Below are positions 38,385 to 48,848 of a stretch of DNA of 64,000 bases, piece by piece. The DNA is from a virus. Taxonomy: Duplodnaviria; Caudoviricetes. The notes beneath the pieces are model-generated. The model saw only the letters and a list, made by a program, of their open reading frames with translations, searched no databases and was not told the DNA's origin. Numbering within the stretch: position 1 is the stretch's first letter; each line of letters starts with the position of its first letter. The stretch spans positions 128,001 through 192,000 of the IMG/VR virus record IMGVR_UViG_3300002835_000001. The stretch is one strand, 5' to 3'. The position numbers and the translations under genes were made by a program.

Positions 38385-41300
38385 TATTCAGCTGATGGGA
38401 AGGCTCCTTTTGGCCCATAATATTTTATTAATGCATCTAATGATGTCTTATCGGGTCTCAATCCAAAGTAAAATAAGAATGGTGTTGATAATACTTGTTT
38501 TCTTCCATCATAATTTGTTTGTGTTTGAAATAGAAAAGTTTCTCTATAATCTTTAACGTACTTGTCGGGTTGTTCGACCCACGTTTTATTTACCACAACA
38601 TATGTTGTACCACTAGCCGGATTTTTTACCCATACCGATGTGTCAATTGTAAATCCAGATTGTACGTGTAACCAAATATCGCCCTCAACATTCGTATATT
38701 GAGCAGCATTTGCTGTAGTATTTGGTGCATTTAAACTAATATTTTCAAATCTTTCCAACATATCTGTTGTATTACCCGTAAATGAATATTGTGGGTGAGT
38801 TATTGTCATTGGTTTTAATAAGTATTCTTCTTCACCATCTGCCATTAAATAATTTGTTTCAGTTGCGGTAGCACCACTTATTGAAAACATTCTTTGTAAT
38901 TTCATTGATGCAATTGATGTTCTATCCCATTGTTGATCATCTTCATCGGTACTATAACTACCAAATCCTGTTCCCTTTTTATCCCACAAATAGAATGGCA
39001 CCTTTTGTGAATAATCACCCAATCTAAAATTTAAACATTGTCTTATAAATGAACCATTTGTATCTAATTTTAAATCTATTGGTGTTGGTCCAAATGTTCC
39101 TGTCGGTTTGAAAAAAGATGAAAAATAATCATCTTCCGGATCCATTAATTCACCATTATAAATAAAATAATGTGGACTATCTAAATCAAACCCTTCAATA
39201 CCTGCCTCACAATTTATTGACATTAATTGGGTTATGTCTCCGTCAAATCCCCCAACATTGGAACCCATTCCAGCTCCACTAAAGAAATCACCAACATCAA
39301 ATTTGCCACCATTTATATCTAATCTATAATTTATTGCATATTCTACAATATTTGCAGGGTCTTGATATGAAGTTGTATTAACATCTCTAATTACAGAACA
39401 CGTTGGGTCAATTCTTGGATCTTGACATATTTCATATAAAAATTCATCTCTAACCCCCACGTCATAAAATGTTGTTGGGTGTAATATTTCTTTATAGACA
39501 CTATTTGAATTTGGTTTTTGTCCGATGAATCCACCTGTGGTTCCGGTTATTGGAACGTATGGTGTTGCCCTATAATAAAATTGTTGGTCAAGTATATTAT
39601 AAAAAACTAACTCTCTTGGGTATTTTGAACCTCTTTGATTTAAATCTAAAACATTTACATCGTCCCATTTTATTCTCTTATCAAATTTAAAAAAGTATAG
39701 TACACCATTTAACCAGTTATCAATGAACGAATAATTTGTTACTCCACCACAAAAGAAAACACCAACTCTTTTTCTTCGATACCATTCCTTTATTACTGAT
39801 TGATTTTTAGATGTACCGTTAATAACAGGAACAATTGTAACGACACCATCTCTAATTTCAGTTAATCCTGATTTTGTTTTTTTAGAATATGTATTATCTC
39901 CACCCTCTAAATCTGCAACATTCGGTAGTCTCCTTGTGGTTGTGTCACCAGCAATGGCGGCCACTAAAGTATAATTCGAACCAGGACTTGTTAACGATTC
40001 ACTATATGCTGAATTAGTATAAAATGGTTTTCCCAATTGGTGAAATGAGTTAACCGTTCTACCCTCATCATATGTTACACGTTTTGTTGCTTTGTACCAT
40101 TGGGTCCCATTAGTATTACCCGCGTTTGATACATCAGTTGCGGTACCATATCCTCCAGATGATGACCATAGATATGTTAATACATTAGTTTCATCATAAA
40201 ATTTATCATACTTTGCACATCCTTGTTCAATTACTAGTTGACCTAACGCCCCCGTTGTTTTCAAACTTCCCTTATCATAAAGTCTAACAACGGCATATAA
40301 GTCCCTTATTCCATCAATACCTCCACTAGAATAATCTACACCGGCATATGTTGACCATTGATCATAGGATATCTTAATTGCTGGTCGGTTTTCATATGAT
40401 ACTCCTCCACCTGTATTATATGGTCTATATGTGTCCGGTGTAATTGAACTAACTCTTTCATAACTTTCTAGTTGTGTAGAACCTCCTCCACAATCTATTA
40501 ATTGTAATGTTGAATTAGTGCTACCTGTTTGTCCACTATAAATTGTTACCGTTTGTGTTCTATATGTATAATCACAATTATTTCTAATTAAAAGTTCAAC
40601 TTCAATATCTTCCGTTGCGGGAATTGCTCCTCCCGCTACGTCAACGTATTCAGCATAAACACTTTGATTAGGAATAACCGTAATTTTTACAGAGTTACCC
40701 GTATTTGTTGGTGATGTTACGTTAACTAATTGAAAATATGAATTTAATTGTCCGTCTACAAATGCGGAATTAAATTCTGTAAACATATCATTAAATGTGT
40801 CTGTGGATGGGTCAGTACCAGCTAGCGGATAAATTCCACCAACAAATCTTCTTTCTGATGTTGCGTTTGGATTTGAGTATGTATGTAATAATGTAATCTG
40901 ACTTTCGGTTATTCCAGTTGCACTAGTTTCTTTTGCCGACTCACCAGCATATAATTCAGTTAAAAATGTTGTACCTGTTGTTGTACTTGTATTTAAATAG
41001 TTTGGTGTTTGTCCTGACAAATAAACCAAATAAATATATCCTTCATATGGTACAACTATAGTTTTAATCTCCGCACTTCTATTATATAAACTAAGATTAC
41101 CACCACCAGAATTTTGAGTTGCACTATCAACATCGGTTGTACATTCCTCACAATCGGGGTATGTTGTTAATGGTAATATTGTTTGACCCCCCTCTTTTAC
41201 CCTCATTGCAAATTCCCTTAATCCCACACCAATTCCCATTAAATAGTGTTTACCCAAAAATTTAAATGCCATGGCCGCACCACCCACATTCCACATAACT

Positions 41301-42973
41301 CTACCTATAGTCTCAAAAACAAATATCTGTACAATTGTAAAAATATATTGTACGAATAGTAAAACTTCAGATAATATCAGTCCAAATTTTATTCTATTTC
41401 TAAATGCAAAATTGGTTGGGAAATAATTAGCTTTACTTGTACAATCATCTTCTGTATTTGGTCTAATTTCTTTTAAACCTAAAAATGCATCTCTTCTTGA
41501 AAGTCCTAAAAATGATTCTCCCGCAGATACTTCGTAGTGTGTTCCCTGAAAAGATGAAACCGTATAGACTTTACCAAAAATAAATTTATAAAAAACATCT
41601 TGTGGAACACCTAAATCACAACCAGTACACGTACCCAACATAAATGATTTTTTGTCATTTTGATATGTTGTTGACATTGTTGAACCAGTTGTTCCCTCAG
41701 GCCAAGCAATTTTTAAATAATCTTCGAACACGTCAGAAAATTGGTATGTTGTTAATAAGTCTTCATTATACTCACCTAAATCATTCTGACCATATGTGTT
41801 TGAGTTGTATTCTCTAATTTGTGGTACTAAATAATTTGCGGTTCCCGTTTTTTCATTGTTACCATCAAGTGAAAATTTAAATCTAGCAATTGTAGTTGTT
41901 GGTATACCTTTGTTTGTGTCGTTGGTGATTTCTTGTTCGCCAAATTCATTTGTAAAAACATATTCCAAGTTCATTGGTAATACAACCATTGCCGCACCAT
42001 CTTCATCAATAGTTTCAGATGGATTAAAATATTCTAATTGAGGGTATAATGTGGTCCCGTTTGAACCATAAACTTTTTTACCTGTGTATCTAACTGCGGA
42101 AATTTTACCTTCGGTAGTTTGTAGATTACATTTGTAACCAGTATTTCTTCTGATAACCCCATTTCTTTTTACGGCATCTCCATTATCGTCTGTAATTGTA
42201 GATGTTAAAATTAATGATATAGGTTCGATTCTAATACCACTTTGTGATATGTCATAATCAACCCTTGATATACCTATTTCACATAAATCAAGATTTCCCC
42301 AAAACGGGAAAACTTCAATAGTTCTATCGTATTTGATAATTTGTGGTAACCCATCTATATCTGAACTTGATTTAAATTCATAGTATCTTTCAAACTTCTC
42401 AATACCTTCTCCTCTTTTAATAAAGTCATAAGGTCTTAATGAGAAACAACCAATATCAGATAAATCTAAGTCGACATGTAATGTTTGTTTACCCACCGGC
42501 ACACCCCAAATCATGAAGTCACCCGATTCGTTAGTCTTAACGGTGTATCTATAATAATTTTCGTATACTTCTAATACTTCCTCTCTTGTTAAAATATCCG
42601 ATTGATCTGGAAAGGTTCCTGTTGGTTTGTGTCCACCATGTTGTTTTCTTGCTGGTAACAAATTATATCTATAATTGTCATCATTTTTATCTGAAACTTC
42701 GGTGTAAGGATATAACGCAGAAATTATGGGGTCGGTTGAATCTGCTTCGGTTTGAGGTACAAATATTGATACTCTAACATTAGGTATTCCAAATCCGTCA
42801 TTCGCGGTAATTCTACCACAAACCACCCCATAGTCCGCACAAAGTGATGTATAAACATCTGTTTGTGAGAATTTTAAGGATAAAATTTCCAGTTGGTCGT
42901 AGTCTTGTTTTAATTCGACAGTGACCTTCTGTTCTTTACCGATATTTGTTGAAATTCTATGTTTTTGCATCAT
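38384..42973 (-). CDS. Large baseplate-associated protein (1529 aa) with N-terminal carboxypeptidase-regulatory-like domain
   Basis: VVCGRITANDGFGIPNVRVSI and VKTNESGDFMIWGVPVGKQTLHV; late-type motif upstream; adjacent to gp6/gp25-like genes. Confidence 0.65.
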   Translation of the reverse strand: MMQKHRISTNIGKEQKVTVELKQDYDQLEILSLKFSQTDVYTSLCADYGVVCGRITANDGFGIPNVRVSIFVPQTEADSTDPIISALYPYTEVSDKNDDNYRYNLLPARKQHGGHKPTGTFPDQSDILTREEVLEVYENYYRYTVKTNESGDFMIWGVPVGKQTLHVDLDLSDIGCFSLRPYDFIKRGEGIEKFERYYEFKSSSDIDGLPQIIKYDRTIEVFPFWGNLDLCEIGISRVDYDISQSGIRIEPISLILTSTITDDNGDAVKRNGVIRRNTGYKCNLQTTEGKISAVRYTGKKVYGSNGTTLYPQLEYFNPSETIDEDGAAMVVLPMNLEYVFTNEFGEQEITNDTNKGIPTTTIARFKFSLDGNNEKTGTANYLVPQIREYNSNTYGQNDLGEYNEDLLTTYQFSDVFEDYLKIAWPEGTTGSTMSTTYQNDKKSFMLGTCTGCDLGVPQDVFYKFIFGKVYTVSSFQGTHYEVSAGESFLGLSRRDAFLGLKEIRPNTEDDCTSKANYFPTNFAFRNRIKFGLILSEVLLFVQYIFTIVQIFVFETIGRVMWNVGGAAMAFKFLGKHYLMGIGVGLREFAMRVKEGGQTILPLTTYPDCEECTTDVDSATQNSGGGNLSLYNRSAEIKTIVVPYEGYIYLVYLSGQTPNYLNTSTTTGTTFLTELYAGESAKETSATGITESQITLLHTYSNPNATSERRFVGGIYPLAGTDPSTDTFNDMFTEFNSAFVDGQLNSYFQLVNVTSPTNTGNSVKITVIPNQSVYAEYVDVAGGAIPATEDIEVELLIRNNCDYTYRTQTVTIYSGQTGSTNSTLQLIDCGGGSTQLESYERVSSITPDTYRPYNTGGGVSYENRPAIKISYDQWSTYAGVDYSSGGIDGIRDLYAVVRLYDKGSLKTTGALGQLVIEQGCAKYDKFYDETNVLTYLWSSSGGYGTATDVSNAGNTNGTQWYKATKRVTYDEGRTVNSFHQLGKPFYTNSAYSESLTSPGSNYTLVAAIAGDTTTRRLPNVADLEGGDNTYSKKTKSGLTEIRDGVVTIVPVINGTSKNQSVIKEWYRRKRVGVFFCGGVTNYSFIDNWLNGVLYFFKFDKRIKWDDVNVLDLNQRGSKYPRELVFYNILDQQFYYRATPYVPITGTTGGFIGQKPNSNSVYKEILHPTTFYDVGVRDEFLYEICQDPRIDPTCSVIRDVNTTSYQDPANIVEYAINYRLDINGGKFDVGDFFSGAGMGSNVGGFDGDITQLMSINCEAGIEGFDLDSPHYFIYNGELMDPEDDYFSSFFKPTGTFGPTPIDLKLDTNGSFIRQCLNFRLGDYSQKVPFYLWDKKGTGFGSYSTDEDDQQWDRTSIASMKLQRMFSISGATATETNYLMADGEEEYLLKPMTITHPQYSFTGNTTDMLERFENISLNAPNTTANAAQYTNVEGDIWLHVQSGFTIDTSVWVKNPASGTTYVVVNKTWVEQPDKYVKDYRETFLFQTQTNYDGRKQVLSTPFLFYFGLRPDKTSLDALIKYYGPKGAFPSAE

Positions 42974-43027
42974 TCTCTTAATAAATAGAAAGCATGTGAT
43001 TTTCTACTATTATAAAGAAAAAACATT

Positions 43028-44860
43028 TTAGTATGTAGTCGTTCCTGAAGGTTTAGTTGCCACCCTTATATCACTATTTGGGAATCTGATTTGGAATATT
43101 TGATTTGACTGCATAAAGACCGTCGTATCAATTTGTTGTATTTCTTTAGTTGTTGTATCTATATATGATTGTGATACTTCAGATGATGAGTATTTACCAC
43201 CAATTTTATTAAATACCTTAATTCCCACTACGTTAACAACACCATAAATTGAACCAATTTCTCGAATTAAATCTCCCACAAATAATGGGTCACCCATTTT
43301 ACGTTTGTCAATGGCGAAGAACATTATTGATGTTTGAATTACTTGTTTAATAACGTCCGTTGGGTTTTCGTTTTTATTAATTACCAAATTAATATCTAAT
43401 CCTAAGTCAATAACTTGCCCATTTGCAACTTCAATATAATCATTAATCATTCTATATTCTGAAAGATAATTTAATATATTGTTTTTCAATGTATTAGATA
43501 TTACATCGGTTAGATTACCTTGGTCATCATAAGATAATAATTTTACTCTAACCTTATTATCTTCCTCCATTACATTAACTTTAGCGGGTGCTCCGTATGT
43601 GGATGGCATTGTCTCAATTAATGACTTATAATCATTTAATGTTACCGCTCTATTTTGTGCTGCAAAATTATAAGAAACCATGTTTCTAATTTCTTCGATT
43701 GTAGGTTGGTCTGCACCACCTACAGCTGCCGTTACATTATTAACTCTTAAAGATAATTCAACTTGTGAATTAATTGCGTTATTAGGACCATTTATGTTAA
43801 ATTCAACACTATCTACACTTGTAATGATATTAACCCCTAAATTCGAATCTTTACCCCCACCAATACGATATTTCACAAACAATGTGGTGTTTGCTTTAGG
43901 TATTGACCCTAATGACATATTGTTTAAATAATTAGCCAAGTTAACTTTTAATTGACCTGTCATGTAATTGTCTAAATTCTCTAGTGGGTCAACGGAACCA
44001 CTACCAAAAGTTAATGAAAAATAACTTTCAGGTGTATATTCTGTATAGAATTTACTATTAACTTGTAAGTAAGTTCCTGCCCTAAAATTGTCTTTATCGG
44101 ATACTGAAGTTGGGTCTTCTATGAATACTTTATCTTGTATTAACGACTTAACTTCGTACCATTTATTTGTTGATGCGTTAAATTCAGAAGCTGTTGGGTT
44201 GGTCCCAAAAGATGTTCCTTCTTTGTGTATCACTCCTACCACACCTAAAACATTTTGTTCAGGTAAGAAAAGTCTTAAAAAAGGTTTTTGGTCTAATTCA
44301 CTTATTACTCTTCGGTATATTCTTGTTACTCCATTAACCACAGGTTCTCTCTTTGTGATTGTATAAGAAACTAAAATATCATTACCATCGAAGTTTGGTA
44401 TTTTTAATCTATTTGGTTCTCCCTTATTGTTAAATGGACTTGAGAAATCGATATCATTAATTGTTTCAAATATTTGTCCTCCTCCTGAAACTTGAGCACC
44501 AATCCTTAATGTTCCCAAATATCTTTCATCTTCCTTATCACCTCTAACAGGTACATTTATTGAAAAATCACACAGCGCTACCGATGGTCTTGTTCCAGGA
44601 ATTTTTATACCATATGTTTTGGCAATATTAAATAATGATTGTCTTTGTTGTGCAAAATCCAACATAGTTTCTTGCCAAACCCTATCAATGTGAAAGTGTA
44701 AGTTATCTGCAACCGCAGCATTTAAATCTAATAAAACGGAGAATATTGACGCATCATTGGTATTTTTAACCAAATCAGGATAATATTCTTTTGTTAGATT
44801 TACTAATTCTTGTCTTAGTCCTGCAAAATCTCTAGTTGCGTATGATATTTTCTTAGCCAT
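43028..44860 (-). CDS. Baseplate wedge protein (T4 gp6/Baseplate J-like)
   Basis: YATRDFAGLRQEL N-terminus; GGADQPTIEEIR...AQNRAVTLNDY. Confidence 0.9.
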   Translation of the reverse strand: MAKKISYATRDFAGLRQELVNLTKEYYPDLVKNTNDASIFSVLLDLNAAVADNLHFHIDRVWQETMLDFAQQRQSLFNIAKTYGIKIPGTRPSVALCDFSINVPVRGDKEDERYLGTLRIGAQVSGGGQIFETINDIDFSSPFNNKGEPNRLKIPNFDGNDILVSYTITKREPVVNGVTRIYRRVISELDQKPFLRLFLPEQNVLGVVGVIHKEGTSFGTNPTASEFNASTNKWYEVKSLIQDKVFIEDPTSVSDKDNFRAGTYLQVNSKFYTEYTPESYFSLTFGSGSVDPLENLDNYMTGQLKVNLANYLNNMSLGSIPKANTTLFVKYRIGGGKDSNLGVNIITSVDSVEFNINGPNNAINSQVELSLRVNNVTAAVGGADQPTIEEIRNMVSYNFAAQNRAVTLNDYKSLIETMPSTYGAPAKVNVMEEDNKVRVKLLSYDDQGNLTDVISNTLKNNILNYLSEYRMINDYIEVANGQVIDLGLDINLVINKNENPTDVIKQVIQTSIMFFAIDKRKMGDPLFVGDLIREIGSIYGVVNVVGIKVFNKIGGKYSSSEVSQSYIDTTTKEIQQIDTTVFMQSNQIFQIRFPNSDIRVATKPSGTTTY

Positions 44861-44861
44861 T

Positions 44862-45314
44862 TTAAATGTTTAGTATTATAAAGTCCGAAGATGAAAATGC
44901 TCCGTTATTAACCGTATATTCAATTTTCACTACTGCGGTGTGTGGTTTAGTTGTATTGTCAGAAACCCTAAATAATCTCTCATCTTCATCTTGACTAAAT
45001 GTTCTAACAGTATCAGGGTCATCTTCTGCAGACATAACATCTAATTTTGTTATATCTAAATTTGGAATGTATTTTTTAACGGATTCTCTTATTTCATCTT
45101 CAATTAAATCGAATGTAACACTATCGTTTTGGTCAAAGATATATAGGTATAATCTTGAACCAAAATCGGGTAAGAAATAACGACTACCTCTTCTTGTCAA
45201 TAAAAGATGTATAAGATTCGCTCGTACTTCTCTTTCGGGTGTTGTTGTTAATTTAACATAATCACCCTTTAAACTATCTCTAAATGGGAAATCAATTCCA
45301 TATGTTATCGCCAT
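44862..45314 (-). CDS. Baseplate wedge subunit, T4 gp25/GpW-like
   Basis: GIDFPF, VRANLIHLLLTRRGSRYFLPDFGS, IRESVKKYIP. Confidence 0.92.
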   Translation of the reverse strand: MAITYGIDFPFRDSLKGDYVKLTTTPEREVRANLIHLLLTRRGSRYFLPDFGSRLYLYIFDQNDSVTFDLIEDEIRESVKKYIPNLDITKLDVMSAEDDPDTVRTFSQDEDERLFRVSDNTTKPHTAVVKIEYTVNNGAFSSSDFIILNI

Positions 45315-45354
45315 GATTATAAATATAAACTAATCTAAAATGGTAATAAATAAA

Positions 45355-45376
45355 AAATCCAACCTAAGTTGGATTT
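45355..45376 (-). terminator. Rho-independent terminator after nrdA
   Basis: AAATCCAAC-TTAG-GTTGGATTT followed by T-run on minus strand. Confidence 0.8.
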
Positions 45377-45405
45377 AATATTGTTTTGACATTTAAACGT
45401 TATTT

Positions 45406-47847
45406 TTATGAACCACATCCCTCACAATCAAATGGTGAGTCTATTGGTCTTTCGATTGTCATTTGTAATTCTGGTGTATTTTCACTAATAATTGGATTAC
45501 TTTTTGGTGTAGTAGGATATACCGCAGTTTGTTGTCCTGTTGGTTGTTCCACCAATTTTGGTGTTGATGTATCGACACCTAATCCCTTTAACGCATCTAC
45601 CGCCGCTCTTGTTCTTAAGTAATACATACCCGTTTTTAATCCCAATTTCCAACCAAATAAGTGTGCCGCCAATAATTTAGGTTTAGTTGCGTTATCAATA
45701 AATAAATTTAATGATTGTGATTGGTCAATAAACACACTTCTATTTGCTGCCATTTGTAAAATTCTCTTTTGTGACATTTCCCAAACAGTCTTATAAATCT
45801 CTTTTAAATCTGTTGGTAATTCTGGAATATTTTGAACCGAACCATTTTCCATGATTAGTTTGTTTTTGATTCCTTCGTTCCACATTCCAAGATTTAATAA
45901 ATCTTTTACCAAATGTTTATTAATCATAACAAACTCACCACTTAATGTACGACGAGAATATAAATTAGTTGTAAATGGTTCAAACGCTTCATTGTTACCT
46001 AAAATCTGTGCGGTAGATGCTGTTGGCATCGGTGCCACCAATAATGAGTTTCTAACTCCAAATTTGATGACATCTTTTCTTAATGATTTCCAATCCCAAC
46101 GACCAGATAAATCAGAATCTACTTTATTCCACATTTGATATTGAAAGATTCCTTTTTCAATTGGGGAACCAACGATTGTTTCATATGCTCCGAATTCTTT
46201 AGCTAAATCTTTTGAGGACGTCATTGCCGCAAAATATATTGTTTCAAAAATATCAGTTTGTAGTGTATCTGCCTTATCAGATTCGAATGGTAAATGTAAC
46301 ATACATAATACATCCGCCAATCCTTGAATACCCAAACCAACAGGACGATGTCTGAAATTTGAACGTTTTGTTTCTTCAGTTGGATAAAAATTTAAATCGA
46401 TTACGTTGTTCAAGTTTTTTACAACTTGGTAGGTATATTCATATAACATATCGTGATTAAATTCACCGTTAACGATATACTTAGGTAATGCGATTGAAGC
46501 CAAATTACAAACAGCTTGTTCTGTTGGTGATGAGTATTCAATAATTTCGGTACATAAATTTGATGATTTAATCGTACCTAAATTCTTTTGATTTGATTTA
46601 TAATTGGCAGGATCTTTATATAACATATAAGGTGTTCCTGTTTCAATTTGTGCGGTTAAAATTGCATCCATTAATTTTCTTGCTTTAACCACTTTTCTAC
46701 CTAACCCTTGTTGTTCGTAAGATTCGTACAACATGGTAAATGTTTTTTCTTCAGGTGTATCGTAAGCATCAGATAATCCTGGCGCTTCATCAGGTGAGAA
46801 CAATGTCCAATCACCGTCTTCCTCAACACGTTTCATAAATAAATCTGGTGTCCACATTGCTAAAAACAAATCCCTTGCCCTCATTTCTTCTTTACCATGA
46901 TTCTTTCTTAAATCAATAAATTCATAAATGTCAGCGTGCCATGGTTCAAGATAAATAGCAAATGAACCCTTACGTTTACCACCTTGATTAATCCAACGAG
47001 CAACCTCATTATACGTCTTCATCATTGGTAACAGACCATCAGATTCTCCACCAGTTCCTTTAATATATGATCCCTTAGCACGAACATCGTGTACGTGTAA
47101 TCCAATACCACCAGCCCACTTAGAAATCTTTGCAACGTCAGAAATTGTATCAAACAATCCATCAATATCATCTCCTTTATTTCCAATTAAGAAACAAGAT
47201 GACATTTGTGCTCTTTTAGTACCAGCATTAAATAATGTGGGTGTTGCGTGTGTATAAAAATGTTGTGATAGGTCATCATAAATTCTTAACGCCATATTGA
47301 CGTCTCCTTTACAAATACCAACTGCAACTCTCATATAAAGATATTGAGGTCTTTCAACAATACGAGTACCAATTTTTAATAGATAAGAACGTTCTAAAGT
47401 TTTAATTCCAAAATAATCAAAATCTAAATCACGATCTTGATTGATAGCTCCATCTAAGATTTCTTTGTTTGCTAAAACAAATTGATATACATTATCATCA
47501 ATTAATGAAGATTCTTTACCTGTTTTTGGTTCAATAAAGGAATATAATTCTTTCATTGATTGTGAAAACTTTTTAGGTGTTGTTTTATGTAAATTAGAAA
47601 CAGCCAATCTTCCCGCCAGTTTTGCATAATCAGGATGTGTGGTAACCATGGCTGCTGCGGTCTCCGCAGCTAATACATCTAATTCAGTTGTTGAAATTCC
47701 ATCGTAAATCCCCGAAGTTACTTTTAGGGTAACAAACGTTGGGTCAATATATTCCATATTTAAATCATGACAAAGAACACTAATACGTTTAGTGATCTTG
47801 TCATATCTCATCTCCTCCAATTCACCATTTCTTTTTTTTACTTTCAT
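45406..47847 (-). CDS. nrdA: Ribonucleotide reductase class Ia alpha subunit with ATP cone
   Basis: VKKRNG ATP cone, ATPTLFNAG, QMSSCFL, SSNLCTEI, VCNLAS, APMPTAST, KTGMYYLR, C-terminal CEGC. Confidence 0.98.
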   Translation of the reverse strand: MKVKKRNGELEEMRYDKITKRISVLCHDLNMEYIDPTFVTLKVTSGIYDGISTTELDVLAAETAAAMVTTHPDYAKLAGRLAVSNLHKTTPKKFSQSMKELYSFIEPKTGKESSLIDDNVYQFVLANKEILDGAINQDRDLDFDYFGIKTLERSYLLKIGTRIVERPQYLYMRVAVGICKGDVNMALRIYDDLSQHFYTHATPTLFNAGTKRAQMSSCFLIGNKGDDIDGLFDTISDVAKISKWAGGIGLHVHDVRAKGSYIKGTGGESDGLLPMMKTYNEVARWINQGGKRKGSFAIYLEPWHADIYEFIDLRKNHGKEEMRARDLFLAMWTPDLFMKRVEEDGDWTLFSPDEAPGLSDAYDTPEEKTFTMLYESYEQQGLGRKVVKARKLMDAILTAQIETGTPYMLYKDPANYKSNQKNLGTIKSSNLCTEIIEYSSPTEQAVCNLASIALPKYIVNGEFNHDMLYEYTYQVVKNLNNVIDLNFYPTEETKRSNFRHRPVGLGIQGLADVLCMLHLPFESDKADTLQTDIFETIYFAAMTSSKDLAKEFGAYETIVGSPIEKGIFQYQMWNKVDSDLSGRWDWKSLRKDVIKFGVRNSLLVAPMPTASTAQILGNNEAFEPFTTNLYSRRTLSGEFVMINKHLVKDLLNLGMWNEGIKNKLIMENGSVQNIPELPTDLKEIYKTVWEMSQKRILQMAANRSVFIDQSQSLNLFIDNATKPKLLAAHLFGWKLGLKTGMYYLRTRAAVDALKGLGVDTSTPKLVEQPTGQQTAVYPTTPKSNPIISENTPELQMTIERPIDSPFDCEGCGS

Positions 47848-47867
47848 TTTATTAAGTCTTTTTTAAA

Positions 47868-48839
47868 TTAAAAATCCACATCACCAAACGCAGAATCTAA
47901 ATCTTCTGATACATTATTAACTCCCGCCTTTTGATATTCAGCGACTCTTTTTTCAAAGAAATTTGTTTTACCTTGTAATGCAATGTTCTGCATAAAATCA
48001 AACGGGTTTTCTGAATTATAAACCTTAGGTACACCTAATGCAACTAATAATCTGTCAGTTACAAATTCAAGGTATTGTGCCATTAAATCTGAATTCATAC
48101 CAATTAAACGTACAGGTAATGCTTCTAAAATAAATTCTTTTTCAATCTCTAAAGCTCCACAAATAATTTCTTTAATTCTCTCTTGTGAGATTTTATTTTG
48201 AATATGATTGTTATATAAATGACAAGCAAAATCGCAATGCATACCCTCGTCTCTTGAGATTAATTCATTTGAAAATGTTAATCCTGGCAATAAACCTCTT
48301 TTCTTTAACCAAAAAATTGAACAGAATGAACCTGAAAAGAAGATACCTTCAACTGCAGCAAATGCCAATAATCTATCAACAAAAGATTCAGAGCTAATCC
48401 ACTTAAGAGCCCAATCCGCTTTCTTTTTAATTGCCGGTATGGTTTCAATTGCATTAAATAATTTGTGTTGTTCTTCTTTATCTTTAACTAAGGTATCAAT
48501 TAACAATGAATACGTTTCACTATGGATATTTTCCATCATAATTTGAAAACCATAGAAAAATTTAGCTTCGGTATATTGAACTTCGTTAACAAAATTCATC
48601 GCTAAATTCTCATTAACAATACCATCAGAAGCTGCAAAAAATGCTAAAACGTGTTTAACAAAATGTTGTTCATCATCATTTAACTTATTCTCCCAATCAG
48701 ATACGTCTTGACCTAAATCAATTTCCTCTGCAGTCCAAAATGACGCCTCAGATTGTTTATAGAACTTCCATAAGTCATGGTGTTCGATTGGAAAAAGGAC
48801 AAACTTTCCTGGATTGTCTTGTAATATTTTTTCTGTCAT
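47868..48839 (-). CDS. nrdB: Ribonucleotide reductase class Ia beta subunit
   Basis: [46 protein letters not shown]. Confidence 0.98.
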   Translation of the reverse strand: MTEKILQDNPGKFVLFPIEHHDLWKFYKQSEASFWTAEEIDLGQDVSDWENKLNDDEQHFVKHVLAFFAASDGIVNENLAMNFVNEVQYTEAKFFYGFQIMMENIHSETYSLLIDTLVKDKEEQHKLFNAIETIPAIKKKADWALKWISSESFVDRLLAFAAVEGIFFSGSFCSIFWLKKRGLLPGLTFSNELISRDEGMHCDFACHLYNNHIQNKISQERIKEIICGALEIEKEFILEALPVRLIGMNSDLMAQYLEFVTDRLLVALGVPKVYNSENPFDFMQNIALQGKTNFFEKRVAEYQKAGVNNVSEDLDSAFGDVDF

Positions 48840-48848
48840 TTTTTTATT

